From positions 1 to 28,202 of the forward strand of contig CAVSTP010000005.1 of NCBI GenBank assembly GCA_963730935.1: DNA of 28,202 nucleotides, written 5' to 3'. Source of the stretch: an uncultured Nitrospiraceae bacterium. Lineage in GTDB: Bacteria > Nitrospirota > Nitrospiria > Nitrospirales > Nitrospiraceae. The translations under genes were made by a program, and so were the position numbers. Below are positions 7,168 through 16,527 of this stretch, one piece after another (the stretch's first letter is position 1; every line of letters starts with the position of its first letter). A model generated the notes under the pieces. The model had not been told where the DNA came from. It worked only from the letters and a program-made list of their open reading frames with translations, and did not search any database.

Positions 7168-8309
7168 CTATGGCTTAGGCGTGGGACGAGCAGCAGCCAA
7201 TCGATAGACCGCCCCCTTGTAGTCCACGATATAGAGCTCGCCAGCTTCATCCTCCCCGAAGGAGGAAATGCGCTCCCGTCTGCATGAGTACCCGCGGCGC
7301 CGTCGAGCTCCTCCGATTCGCGCTTGCCGAGAGCGCAAAGAGTTCTCCGCTACAGTAGTCGCCGAACAGATACGTGCCTCTCAAAGTTGGAACAGCGGCT
7401 CCGCGATACACATAGCCGCCGGTGATTGAGCAGCGGCCCTGCTCATGGCCGTATTCAGCGATCGGGAAAATCAACCCTTCTGCGGTACAGACTTCCTCCG
7501 GGTTGTAACAATGTGCGCCTTCCATGATACGCCAACCGTAATTGCCGCCGGCGACGACAAGGTCGACCTCTTCCCATTTGTATTGGCCAACATCGGCCAG
7601 CCACAGCAGGCCCGTTTCCCGGTCGAACGAGAACCGCCAAGGGTTCCGGATTCCGAGAGCGAAAATCTCCGCACGGCCCCCACCAGCGGCATACGGGTTG
7701 TCCGGGGGGATGGCATAGGGACGGTCTCGGTCGACATCGATGCGGGTCGCCGCGTAAGCCGCCGTCTCCTCTCCCGATGTACAGAAGTCTATCCGGCCCG
7801 AACGCGATCATCCCGCCATTGTGGTTGAGATAGGGTTGCGGCACGACCATGAGAATGTGTTCGGAGTCGCCTGCAGCCTGCAAGCTGCGGCCTTGGCGGC
7901 TATACTCCGCGACGACTGTCGCCCCATCTTCGCGTCGGTTATAATGGGCAAAGAAACGCCCATTCGCCTTGTGATCCGGATGGAAGGCCAGTCCCAAGAG
8001 TCCCTGCTCGTCACCTTTTCTCCAGACACGATCGCGAATATCGAGAAACGGTGTGTTCTGAAGCGCTCCGCGGTCGATGATGCGTATGATGCCTCCCTGC
8101 TCAACGACGAACAGCTGACCGGAGCCGTCCCCAGCGTGAGTGAGAAACAACGGCAGCTGTAAGCCACTCTCGACGACGGGAACGAGTTCTAACCCAGCGT
8201 CAGTCAATCGGGCTGATGTGTCCGCTGCCATCGCAGCAGACATCGTTCCACCGATCACTTGCAGCAACCAACAGATGGTGGCGCTAGCCGTAAAGAGCGG
8301 ATGTTTCAT
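7168..8309 (-). pseudogene. PQQ-dependent glucose/sorbosone dehydrogenase (GSDH family), split over three frames
   Basis: Frame 1: LFVVEQGG, EQGLLGLAFHP, NHNGG, GDGG.RGDP. Frame 2: RIDVD...IPPDNPY, GIRNPWRFSFD, GGNYGW, SITGGYVYRG, YLFGDYCSG. Frame 3: RISSFGEDEAGELYIVD...TAG at 7168. Breaks near 7743 and 7273. Confidence 0.88.
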
Positions 8310-8674
8310 GATCCGGGCTTGGCCTCAAGAAACTGGATCAGCGCGTGGTACGTCAGCTCACGTACCCGAGCCTTCGAAACCGGGCGGCCGCTGACGTTCC
8401 AGTCCAGCCATACCTGATCAGTGACCTGCGTACGCGCCTCGTTGCAGAGAGTCCACATTTCGTGCAGAAACTCTTCAGGCAGTCCGACCTGCACGCCTTC
8501 AGACTCGATCCGATCGTCGAGAATCGCCAACAGATCGGCAATCGCTTGATCGGGCTGATATGAGGTCTTCGAGAAGCCGAACGCTTCGTGGGCGACCGCT
8601 TCCTGCTCGGCCTGCACAACCAGATCACGCATGTACTCTTTTAACAGGCCGACCACATGACCCGAGAGCGCCAT
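8306..8674 (-). CDS. hypothetical protein (acidic, helical)
   Basis: Clean 122-aa ORF with ATGA overlap to the GSDH start; CATAAT and a purine-rich SD upstream. Confidence 0.75.
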   Translation of the reverse strand: MALSGHVVGLLKEYMRDLVVQAEQEAVAHEAFGFSKTSYQPDQAIADLLAILDDRIESEGVQVGLPEEFLHEMWTLCNEARTQVTDQVWLDWNVSGRPVSKARVRELTYHALIQFLEAKPGS

Positions 8675-8754
8675 GCTGTTTCCCCCGCAGCATTATGCGG
8701 CGAAGCATGGGGGAGAGCAACCGTGAGGCCGGAGCCGCGCCGGCCGGCATGCAA

Positions 8755-8784
8755 TTGACCAATCGGTCGGCGGTTTTTTATGAT
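8755..8784 (+). promoter_or_regulatory. sigma70 promoter candidate, probably giving a leaderless mRNA
   Basis: TTGACC-N18-TATGAT, ending 6 nt before ATG 8791. Confidence 0.55.
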
Positions 8785-8790
8785 GCGTCG

Positions 8791-9591
8791 ATGACAGCTC
8801 CTTCACTCGAGCGGTTTGACATTGCAGTGAACACCCCGGCAGGCCGTCTCAATACAGTGCTGGACGTCCCGACGGGATTCGTGCCCATCACTGCGATCGT
8901 TCCGCTCACGCGCCGTCTTGGCGAAGAAATATTGAAGCTCGAGGAACACCAATCCAGACAAATGGGGCGTACCGTTTCCTGCCGCATGGGATGCGCGGCC
9001 TGCTGCCGGATGCTCGTCCCTCTGTCTCCGCCGGAAGCCTTTGCGCTTGTCGAATATATCGAGCAGCTTCCGACCGAGCGGCGCGAGGCCATTGAGCGAA
9101 AAGTCACCGACACGAAAGCTGACCTCGCCGACCACGGTCTCTTGGACCGACTGCAAGCGGTGGCCGATGCAGAACGCCCAATTGCAGATGAAGAATTAGA
9201 ACCGATCAATCGGGCCTATTATGCGCTGCGGCATCCCTGTCCGTTCCTGGAAAATGAGATGTGTTCGATCTATGAAGCCCGACCTGCCGCGTGTCGTGAA
9301 TTGCTCGTCACGTCGCCCGCCGCACTCTGCGACAATCTGATTGAGAATCCGGTTGAACCCGTCCCCGTCTCGGTCCGCATTGGAACGGTGCTGGGTTTGC
9401 TCTGGGCCAGTATGTGCGGCAGTTCGCCTCGGCTGATTCCGCTTCCGCTTGCCCTGGATTGGGCCAGACAGCACCGAAATGCGGGGATGCGACAGTGGAC
9501 AGGTTCCCACCTCATTGACCGGATGCTGGACACGATGTGGCGCATCCTCAGCCAGGAATTTGAGCGGCGCGGACAGTCGCCCATGCCCTAA
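8791..9591 (+). CDS. YkgJ-family cysteine-cluster protein
   Basis: SCRMGCAACC and CPFLENEMCSIYEARPAACR motifs. Confidence 0.9.
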   Translation: MTAPSLERFDIAVNTPAGRLNTVLDVPTGFVPITAIVPLTRRLGEEILKLEEHQSRQMGRTVSCRMGCAACCRMLVPLSPPEAFALVEYIEQLPTERREAIERKVTDTKADLADHGLLDRLQAVADAERPIADEELEPINRAYYALRHPCPFLENEMCSIYEARPAACRELLVTSPAALCDNLIENPVEPVPVSVRIGTVLGLLWASMCGSSPRLIPLPLALDWARQHRNAGMRQWTGSHLIDRMLDTMWRILSQEFERRGQSPMP

Positions 9592-9626
9592 CCAATCACC
9601 GTAGGAGATCCGGAAGGAGAGTGCCG

Positions 9627-10247
9627 ATGCTGAAACCTGTTCTCGCGTGTCTTGATCTGGAAGGGGTCCTGGTTCCAGAGATTTGGATCAATGTTGCGCT
9701 CAAGACCGGCATTGAAGAACTCAAAGTGACGACCCGAGAAATGCCGGACTACGACGCCCTGATGAAGCGCCGGCTGGCGATTCTCGCTCAGCACAAACTG
9801 ACGCTCGCCGACATTCAGGAGGTCATCGCCAGCATGGGGCCATTGGACGGCGCGAAGGAATTTCTCATGTGGCTCAGAGAGCGGTGTCAGGTCGTGATCC
9901 TCTCCGACACGTTTTATCAGTTTGCGTTGCCCTTGATGCGCCAGTTGGGGTTCCCTACGCTCTTCTGCAACCAGCTGGAAATCGACGGCAACGGCAACAT
10001 CGTGGCGCACCATATGCGCATGCAAAATCAGAAAAAGCACTCGGTCGCTGCCTTCAAGGCCCTAAACTTCTTCACCATGGCCGCCGGCGACGCTTACAAC
10101 GACACCGCCATGTTGGGCGAAGCCGACGCAGGCTTCTTCTTTTGCCCCCCCGAACACCTTCCCAAGGAATTCCCACAGTTTCCCGTGACGCGGACCTATG
10201 CCGAGCTGCAAGCCCGGTTCACGGCGGCAGGCAAGCTGATCCGGTAA
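9627..10247 (+). CDS. thrH: bifunctional phosphoserine phosphatase / homoserine phosphotransferase
   Basis: ACLDLEGVLVPEIW, TTREMPDYD.LM, ILSDTFYQFA.PLMRQLG.PTLFC, AAGDAYNDTAML. Confidence 0.95.
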   Translation: MLKPVLACLDLEGVLVPEIWINVALKTGIEELKVTTREMPDYDALMKRRLAILAQHKLTLADIQEVIASMGPLDGAKEFLMWLRERCQVVILSDTFYQFALPLMRQLGFPTLFCNQLEIDGNGNIVAHHMRMQNQKKHSVAAFKALNFFTMAAGDAYNDTAMLGEADAGFFFCPPEHLPKEFPQFPVTRTYAELQARFTAAGKLIR

Positions 10248-10262
10248 GCGATCTCCAAAAAG

Positions 10263-10299
10263 CAGAAGGCCTGCCGGGACGCTCCCGGCAGGCCTTCTG
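10263..10299. terminator. probable bidirectional terminator between thrH and the porin gene
   Basis: Perfect 17-bp inverted repeat CAGAAGGCCTGCCGGGA-CGC-TCCCGGCAGGCCTTCTG; T-run follows on the minus strand, weaker ACTTT on plus. Confidence 0.88.
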
Positions 10300-10320
10300 A
10301 CTTTGACTCTGACGCCCTGG

Positions 10321-12072
10321 CTAGAAGTTCATCCAGAGCTGCACGTAGGCCCACTCTTGATCGACGCTCGTACCCACGTTTTCCTGGATATAGCCGCCGG
10401 CAAACAGATGACCGTAGGTCGCCTGGAAGGCCACCTTGCCGTCCATGAACATATGGGTCCAGGTGAAGTCGATTTCATCTCCGATATGTGTCTTTGTATT
10501 ATTTACCTTGGACCAGACATAGACGCCCTGGGACCCGCGGTACCAGTTGTCCCTGGCATTCGCGAGGTTCAGGTTGGTGTACCAGACTTCGATGTGATCA
10601 TCCTTGCTCGGCCGCGCTTGGAAGTTGGCCGAGGGACTCAGCATGTTCTTCCAGGCCTGGACGTCCATGTACCCCATGTGGATGTGGTTGGTCGGGAACA
10701 TGTTCTCGAACGTGTTGGCGGTGCTACAATTTTGTGCTCCCGCTCCTGTTGAGACGTTGCAATTCGCCCGACCATCGCCTGAGGCGTAGTCGAAGTTGAC
10801 CGCGATCCTCGGCTTCCAGGAAGACTGGTAATGCGTGTAGCCGATCCAGTTTCTGGTCGCCCAGGCATTGATGTGCAGGTTCTTCTGGTTGCCGTACCCG
10901 TTCTGTACGGCGTTCGTTCCGCCTGTGTCGCCCATCTGACCGAACTGCCAGACCACCTCATTGATCAAATCGAAATTGCCTTTGCGCATTTCGATCCGGT
11001 TACCGAGGTTGTGACGGGTCTGGTTCGAGTGTTTCGCCGTCCCGAGACCCTGCGCCCGGTTGTCGGCCGAGTCTAAGCGGTTGGAGTAGAGGATATAGTA
11101 GGGTTCGATGAGGAACCCCGGCACCGACTTGATCTGGTTATACAAAATGTACATGTCGACGTCTTTGTTGGCCGTTCCGTTATTGACGCCGCTGGCTGTC
11201 GTGAGATTGTTTTGTCCGCTGCCGACCGGTGCGGCCTGACCGATGTCTGTTTCTGAGTTCCGGAACCACCCCGCATAGACATCCCAGGCCTTGGTGCTGT
11301 ACTGCAGCATGATACCGTCGTGGCTGTAACCGGTGTTGGCCCAGTCGAAGTGACCGAACATTGAGTGGTTGCCGAAGATCACGTATTGCCGACCGGCCTT
11401 AACGCTCAGGCCTTGGACGCCGGCGAAGTTCCTAATCAACATATAGGCAGCCCGGACGCCCAGGCGTCCGTTGTTGCCGCCGCCGGTACCGGGGACGGCT
11501 CCACCATTGTGGTTCAGTGGATCGCCGCCGTTGCCGGCATTGGCCGCGTTGCCATTGCCGCCCCATGTCGCCGCGTCGATGATTTCCATGTAGAAATTCA
11601 CGTCCGGCGAGAGGTCATACCCTAGACCGAGGCGAACCCACTGCTGGACAAAGAAATCATTGGCCTTGCCGGCCGTTCCGTTCGGAGTTGTCGTATTGTT
11701 GGTAGCGTTACAGGCACCGTTACCACTACCTGGATTGACACTGCCAGCAGCCGGAGGGGTCCCAGGTCCGCCGGCCATTGCACTGCCGAAGCAGACGTTG
11801 TTCCGCATTTCCGGCCGCACGCGGAGGTCCGCACGCATCCAGAAGTTCTTGAGATCGAAGTTTTTGCCGATCTTGGGATCGTAGAGTTCGTAGCCTTCTT
11901 TTTGGGGAATCGCACGGGGGATCGCCGGGAGGTTGGTGATCTTCTCACCCTCCGGCAACTCGAATGCCGCTTGGGCTGGAGCCCCTGTCAACGACAAACC
12001 TGCCGCCATGAGAGCTGCGCTGAAGAAGGTGGCGAAACTGGACCACCCTGTCCGACCTAGCAATCTTCTCAT
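10321..12072 (-). CDS. alginate-export (AlgE-like) family outer-membrane beta-barrel
   Basis: Signal peptide (AQA), RADLRVRPE, KAGRQ...G, DYASGD, FPTNH..MG.MD, amphipathic strands, terminal WAYVQLWMNF; SD AGGAGG. Confidence 0.88.
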   Translation of the reverse strand: MRRLLGRTGWSSFATFFSAALMAAGLSLTGAPAQAAFELPEGEKITNLPAIPRAIPQKEGYELYDPKIGKNFDLKNFWMRADLRVRPEMRNNVCFGSAMAGGPGTPPAAGSVNPGSGNGACNATNNTTTPNGTAGKANDFFVQQWVRLGLGYDLSPDVNFYMEIIDAATWGGNGNAANAGNGGDPLNHNGGAVPGTGGGNNGRLGVRAAYMLIRNFAGVQGLSVKAGRQYVIFGNHSMFGHFDWANTGYSHDGIMLQYSTKAWDVYAGWFRNSETDIGQAAPVGSGQNNLTTASGVNNGTANKDVDMYILYNQIKSVPGFLIEPYYILYSNRLDSADNRAQGLGTAKHSNQTRHNLGNRIEMRKGNFDLINEVVWQFGQMGDTGGTNAVQNGYGNQKNLHINAWATRNWIGYTHYQSSWKPRIAVNFDYASGDGRANCNVSTGAGAQNCSTANTFENMFPTNHIHMGYMDVQAWKNMLSPSANFQARPSKDDHIEVWYTNLNLANARDNWYRGSQGVYVWSKVNNTKTHIGDEIDFTWTHMFMDGKVAFQATYGHLFAGGYIQENVGTSVDQEWAYVQLWMNF

Positions 12073-12385
12073 AACATTCCTCCTGTGAATTGGATTACAG
12101 CCTCCACCGTTCTAACCCACCGGTGTCATGCTGCCGACTTGCTATCCAACCGCGCTCACACTGACAAACTTCTTTTTTCTCGTTTGCCGGCTCGGAAAGC
12201 CGTGTGCCCACGCTTTCCTGAAATCCTAAACTCTTGACACAGGTGAGTGTCTGTTAATGCTCCTTTTTTGACCAGGAATTTCTCATTTTTGACCCTGACT
12301 CTGTTGTTCCTATCGCCGAGCCGGTAAAGAGGCGGTCACCCCCTTCCTCGAATGATGCCACCGTACGGGTTGTCTGCCTGATGCG

Positions 12386-12685
12386 TTACGCCGGACTGCC
12401 CGTGCCGGAAGACCCGCTCTGCTTCTCAGACGGCGACGTGGCCTGATTGATTTCCTCCTCGGCTTCCTTCATCGACGCCTGAAAATCCTGCTCGACCATC
12501 TTGACTTCCTGCTGGATCATGTTGAGCTCGGGCTCAACGGACTTGCGCAGGTCTTCCGCCGTTTCCTTGAAACCTTTCACCGCTTTGCCGACCTGTCGTC
12601 CGACCTCGGGCAGCTGTTTCGGACCGAACAGCAAAAACGCGATGACCAGGATGATGAGTATTTCTCCGGCACCTAATCCGAACAT
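12386..12685 (-). CDS. twin-arginine translocase TatA/TatB-family subunit
   Basis: MFGLGAGEILIILVIAFLLFGPKQLPEVGRQVGK; FGP..LP is TatB-like. Confidence 0.9.
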   Translation of the reverse strand: MFGLGAGEILIILVIAFLLFGPKQLPEVGRQVGKAVKGFKETAEDLRKSVEPELNMIQQEVKMVEQDFQASMKEAEEEINQATSPSEKQSGSSGTGSPA

Positions 12686-12768
12686 GGTTCGTCATACGTG
12701 ATGCGCGAAACGTAGTGCGTGGACCCTGCTCGCCCGCTTCACGCCTGACGCATAACGTCTCACGTCAG

Positions 12769-13032
12769 TCACCCTTGCTTGACCTGTTGCTCGTGCTGAG
12801 CCGACCCCGGTTGAGCAGGCTGTCCCTGTGCCATCTGTGATGGCTGCGCGGGCGCGGGCTCAGCCGGCGGCGGCGTGACATCAATGGCGTCGGCTTCATG
12901 GACGCTCTTCTTGAATCCCTTAATGGCTTTGCCCAATCCCTCACCGAGCTGTGGGATTTTCCCGGCCCCAAAAATGATGAGCACAATGATGAGGATGAGT
13001 AGCAGCTCCATCCATCCGAACGACCCAAACAT
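12769..13032 (-). CDS. tatA: twin-arginine translocase TatA
   Basis: GWMELLLILIIVLIIFGAGKIPQLGEGLGKAIKGFKK. Confidence 0.93.
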   Translation of the reverse strand: MFGSFGWMELLLILIIVLIIFGAGKIPQLGEGLGKAIKGFKKSVHEADAIDVTPPPAEPAPAQPSQMAQGQPAQPGSAQHEQQVKQG

Positions 13033-13131
13033 GGTGCAACTTCCTCTTTTCTTTCCTGTCCCTTCGGAGACACACCTACAAAGCCGCTTTTCCCATACGA
13101 AAGGAGGGGGACACTCCTCAAATTGGGGGAG

Positions 13132-13160
13132 AGGCTATAGAAATACGCAAGATTAGTCAA
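13132..13160 (-). promoter_or_regulatory. sigma70 promoter candidate for tatA
   Basis: TTGACT-N17-TAGCCT with AT-rich upstream sequence. Confidence 0.55.
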
Positions 13161-13202
13161 GTTTAATTTCACGTAATTCCACGTATTCGGCTGTTTGGAG
13201 GT

Positions 13203-14633
13203 TCAGCGGGGACGGATTGAGAGGTGGAAGTAATCCACCGGTGCGGGAGGAGCACTGAGCGCGATCTGAAACGCGTGGCTATCGTAACCGACTTCTTCAA
13301 GATCGCCGGCAGCACGCATCAGTTCTTCTTCTGTCAGGTAGGCAACCGTATCCGGCACTCCGGAGGGCTTGAGATCCTGCACCAATGCGAGAAGGGCTTC
13401 CCGTTCCTGAGCCGGGATCTCTGCGCGGACCGGGAATTCCATTCTGGTAGCGTACGGACTCTCATAGGTCTTGTTCAGGGCCGCAATCGTTCTAAGGATC
13501 AGGCGGTCTTGCTCCCAGGGCTCCATTTTGCGTCCCGCCGACGGATGGGTGGCCAGAAGATCCATGAGCGTCAGGACGTTGGTATTCAGGCTTCTTCCGA
13601 TGAACTCGCGTTGACTCTCTATCGCGACCCCGACGGATCCCACCTGCTTGGCTACCGCGTCGGCAAGGGCAAAATTTACCATGAAGCTCTGCTGGCCCCC
13701 GAACTGACCAGAGCAGGGCTTATCCGGATCATTCAGGACATTGTGATCGGCGGTTCCTGCGTCAAAGCTGCTGAATCCGATAGCATCCGCCGCGAGGAGG
13801 CGTTTGCCCTCTCTGATGGTGAGATAGGCGCCGATATTGATCGGCACAACGACCTGGTCGTCGATGCGGCGCAGGAACTCGGTGATCGTTTTTCGATAGG
13901 GAACATCTTTCCATTCCACCGGCCGGTATTCGCGCTCCCATACGAGATCGTCAAAGAAGGGAGGAAACTGCTTCAACTGCTCCGCGTCTTTGGCCTCGAA
14001 CGCACGGATGAATCCCGCCCAATCCTCGATTTTCGCGTGGAGCACCTCGCTGAGATTGGGCCGAAGGTGTTCCTCCTCGATTTCGCCGCCTTGCCGAGAC
14101 ATGAGCTTGGTAGGCAAATCGTTCCACAATTCATTGCACAAGATCCGGTCCACCGAGCCATCCGGCAGATCGACAAGATGATCGACCGTCGAGCAGACGG
14201 CCTGGGTTCGATCCTGATGCGAGGTCAGGCCCGGGTGCGTTGCCGCCGCGTCGAGCACCGCCTGTTCCCAATCCACAAGCAGATAGCGGACGCGCGGGTA
14301 GATCCGTCCGTCCCGATCAAGCGTGTTGAGGTGGCTGAGAAAACACGCGGCAAGATTGCCATTGCCCGGGCCCAGTTCGACGACGGTCAACGGCCGGTCG
14401 GCAATCGCCGAACGCTGGTCTTTCGTGGCCTTGTCCCGCTTGGACACTTGTTCAAAATAGTCAGCGGCCAAAGCATGGGCGAGCCGGTAATCAGCGGACG
14501 CAAACGTCTGATAAAACTTGCGGATCTGATCGCCTCGAAAACGGTAGAAGAGCTGGTTGATATGCGATTGCCACTGATCGACGGCTTTCCAATCGCCGAT
14601 CAACTGGGGTAAGGCGTCCGCGTCCTGCAGCAT
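13203..14633 (-). CDS. SAM-dependent methyltransferase, MidA/NDUFAF7-like
   Basis: VVELGPGNGNLA (motif I), RYLLVD, ILCNELWNDLP (NE..D.LP signature). Confidence 0.8.
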   Translation of the reverse strand: MLQDADALPQLIGDWKAVDQWQSHINQLFYRFRGDQIRKFYQTFASADYRLAHALAADYFEQVSKRDKATKDQRSAIADRPLTVVELGPGNGNLAACFLSHLNTLDRDGRIYPRVRYLLVDWEQAVLDAAATHPGLTSHQDRTQAVCSTVDHLVDLPDGSVDRILCNELWNDLPTKLMSRQGGEIEEEHLRPNLSEVLHAKIEDWAGFIRAFEAKDAEQLKQFPPFFDDLVWEREYRPVEWKDVPYRKTITEFLRRIDDQVVVPINIGAYLTIREGKRLLAADAIGFSSFDAGTADHNVLNDPDKPCSGQFGGQQSFMVNFALADAVAKQVGSVGVAIESQREFIGRSLNTNVLTLMDLLATHPSAGRKMEPWEQDRLILRTIAALNKTYESPYATRMEFPVRAEIPAQEREALLALVQDLKPSGVPDTVAYLTEEELMRAAGDLEEVGYDSHAFQIALSAPPAPVDYFHLSIRPR

Positions 14634-14777
14634 GAGGTTTCGCTCGACTCCATGAAAAGCTCAACAGTGAATCGCGATTTTAACAGATCGCCGGAAACGG
14701 CCGCAACGGCGGGAGCGGACTGCAACAGCTCCTCTAAGCGCTTGACTCCCCTCCGTCTCCGGTGTACGAAATTTGCT

Positions 14778-15356
14778 ATGCTCAACGGCCTCGGTCACCG
14801 CCGTGTACGCACCATTACCATAGCACTGGTGGTTTCCTCATGCTGGTGCGGTGTCCTGTTTGCGGAGGAACTCCCCATCCTCAAGGACTCGTCTATCAAC
14901 GACTTCCAGAACCGCTCGGAAGACGCCAAGCCGTACGACTTCGATGCGCCGCCTCAAGGCCTCTTCCGCAGCATCACGATGGCGGAGGGATTCGAGGAAG
15001 AGCTGGGTTACCGCCGGACCCATGAAATTGTCCCCATCAAACCGACCGAGCGATTCAGCCCAGATGCGCTCGGCATCTTCATCGTGTTCACGCTGCACCA
15101 GCACTATCAGGCCTTTCAGGTGTTCGGCCGGTGTTACCCTGAATCCGTTCCAGGACTCGATCCGCACGCGATCATCGGGCAGGATGCCATGTACATCGCA
15201 CTAGAGGATGAATCGGGGTATCTGAAACTGTCATCGCCGCAGGGCCGCTGGAAGCCGGGCCGATACAAGGTGGAAATCCATGCCGGAGAACAGGTCAATG
15301 AAGTGAGCCTCATGGGAACGATGCGCTTCACGGTGGCAGCTGCAGAGGCTCCATGA
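14778..15356 (+). CDS. exported hypothetical protein with a beta-sandwich-like C-terminus (start uncertain)
   Basis: Hydrophobic signal-like segment ending LFA; WKPGRYKVEI...MRFTV. Confidence 0.7.
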   Translation: MLNGLGHRRVRTITIALVVSSCWCGVLFAEELPILKDSSINDFQNRSEDAKPYDFDAPPQGLFRSITMAEGFEEELGYRRTHEIVPIKPTERFSPDALGIFIVFTLHQHYQAFQVFGRCYPESVPGLDPHAIIGQDAMYIALEDESGYLKLSSPQGRWKPGRYKVEIHAGEQVNEVSLMGTMRFTVAAAEAP

Positions 15357-15649
15357 ATGACCGTGCGACGGACCGCATCCGCCGATCATGACCGACTTTT
15401 CCTCACTATCGTTTCCACAATACCGCCCCACCAACATTGTTCGTGACATCGTTACCCATCTGGCGCTGCTCATCCGGCTCGAACGAAAGTTGCTGGGCGA
15501 TCGTCTTTAGAGAAACACTCCCGAGTATTGGGAAGGTACCACTCTGTCCTCAGCACGCCACTCGATTTGCGTAGGCGGACATGCAGTCAACCATCTTCGT
15601 TGGCCACGTCTGTTGAGCGGCGCATCACCCTCGACCCCGGCCGTGCGAT

Positions 15650-15678
15650 TTGAATCTCCTCCGGCCCTTCTGTAGAAT
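15650..15678 (+). promoter_or_regulatory. sigma70 promoter candidate for the GT2-LAB_N-ArnT operon
   Basis: TTGAAT-N17-TAGAAT. Confidence 0.55.
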
Positions 15679-15729
15679 GCCCTCGGTGATTCCTCCACAT
15701 GGCTCACGCGCCGGGCGTTTCCGCTCTTC

Positions 15730-16464
15730 ATGACACATGCCACAGAGCCATGGATTTCCGTCGTCGTCCCGATCAAGGATGAACGAGACAATCTTCTCGC
15801 CTTGACCGATCAACTCCTCAAGGTGTTGCAGAGCCGGGATGAGTCGAAGGCGTCACCGTTTGAAATCATTTACGTCGACGACGGCAGCACGGACGGCAGC
15901 AGCCAAATACTGGACCGGTTGGCGGCCGAACATCCGGCGGTGACTGTCCTGCATTTTGACCGCAACCATGGACAATCAGCAGGTTTCGACGCCGGGTTCA
16001 AGCACTCGAGCGGCGCGGTCGTCGTCACCATGGACGGCGACCTGCAGAACGACCCGGAAGACATCAACACCTTGCTTCCCTATGCGAGGGAGTACGACCT
16101 CGTCTGCGGATGGCGCACCGAACGGCATGACACGGTCATGCGCAAGATCTCGTCTCGGGTCGCCAACGCCGTGCGCAATGCGGTCACCGGCGACCGTGTC
16201 CACGACACCGGCTGCTCATTGAAAGTCTTCCGACGGTGTGTCATCCAACGGCTGCAGCTGTTCAACGGTATGCACCGGTTCTTCCCCGCGCTGGCCCTCA
16301 TGCATGGATTCACCGTGACCGAAGTGCCGGTGCGCCACCATCCGCGCACGCACGGAATCTCCAAATACGGCGTGGGCAATCGTCTGTTCAGAGGACTGTA
16401 CGACCTCATGGCAGTGCGCTGGATGCAAACGCGGGTCTTGAGGTATCGATTTCGTGATAAATGA
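15730..16464 (+). CDS. GT2 polyprenyl-phosphate glycosyltransferase (DPM1/ArnC-like)
   Basis: ISVVVP..DE, YVDDGSTDGS, RNHGQSA, TMDGDLQNDP, DTGCSLK, MHRF.P. Confidence 0.94.
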   Translation: MTHATEPWISVVVPIKDERDNLLALTDQLLKVLQSRDESKASPFEIIYVDDGSTDGSSQILDRLAAEHPAVTVLHFDRNHGQSAGFDAGFKHSSGAVVVTMDGDLQNDPEDINTLLPYAREYDLVCGWRTERHDTVMRKISSRVANAVRNAVTGDRVHDTGCSLKVFRRCVIQRLQLFNGMHRFFPALALMHGFTVTEVPVRHHPRTHGISKYGVGNRLFRGLYDLMAVRWMQTRVLRYRFRDK

Positions 16465-16527
16465 CGCGGACACTGCGACAAGTGATCGTCCGGTCTCTTC
16501 TTCGCCTTGCGTGCATCGCCTCGTAAC

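Noticed and set aside
7168..8309. Programmed frameshifting in the GSDH gene
   Set aside because: No slippery site, and conserved residues appear to be missing outright.
8560..8790. N-terminal extension of the YkgJ ORF
   Set aside because: Overlaps the divergent gene and the promoter; not protein-like.
13224..14612. 462-aa plus-strand ORF
   Set aside because: Antisense shadow of the methyltransferase; no motifs, typical of GC-rich codon bias.
15388..15510. 40-aa ORF MTDFSSLSFPQY...
   Set aside because: No SD or recognisable motif; cannot be supported.
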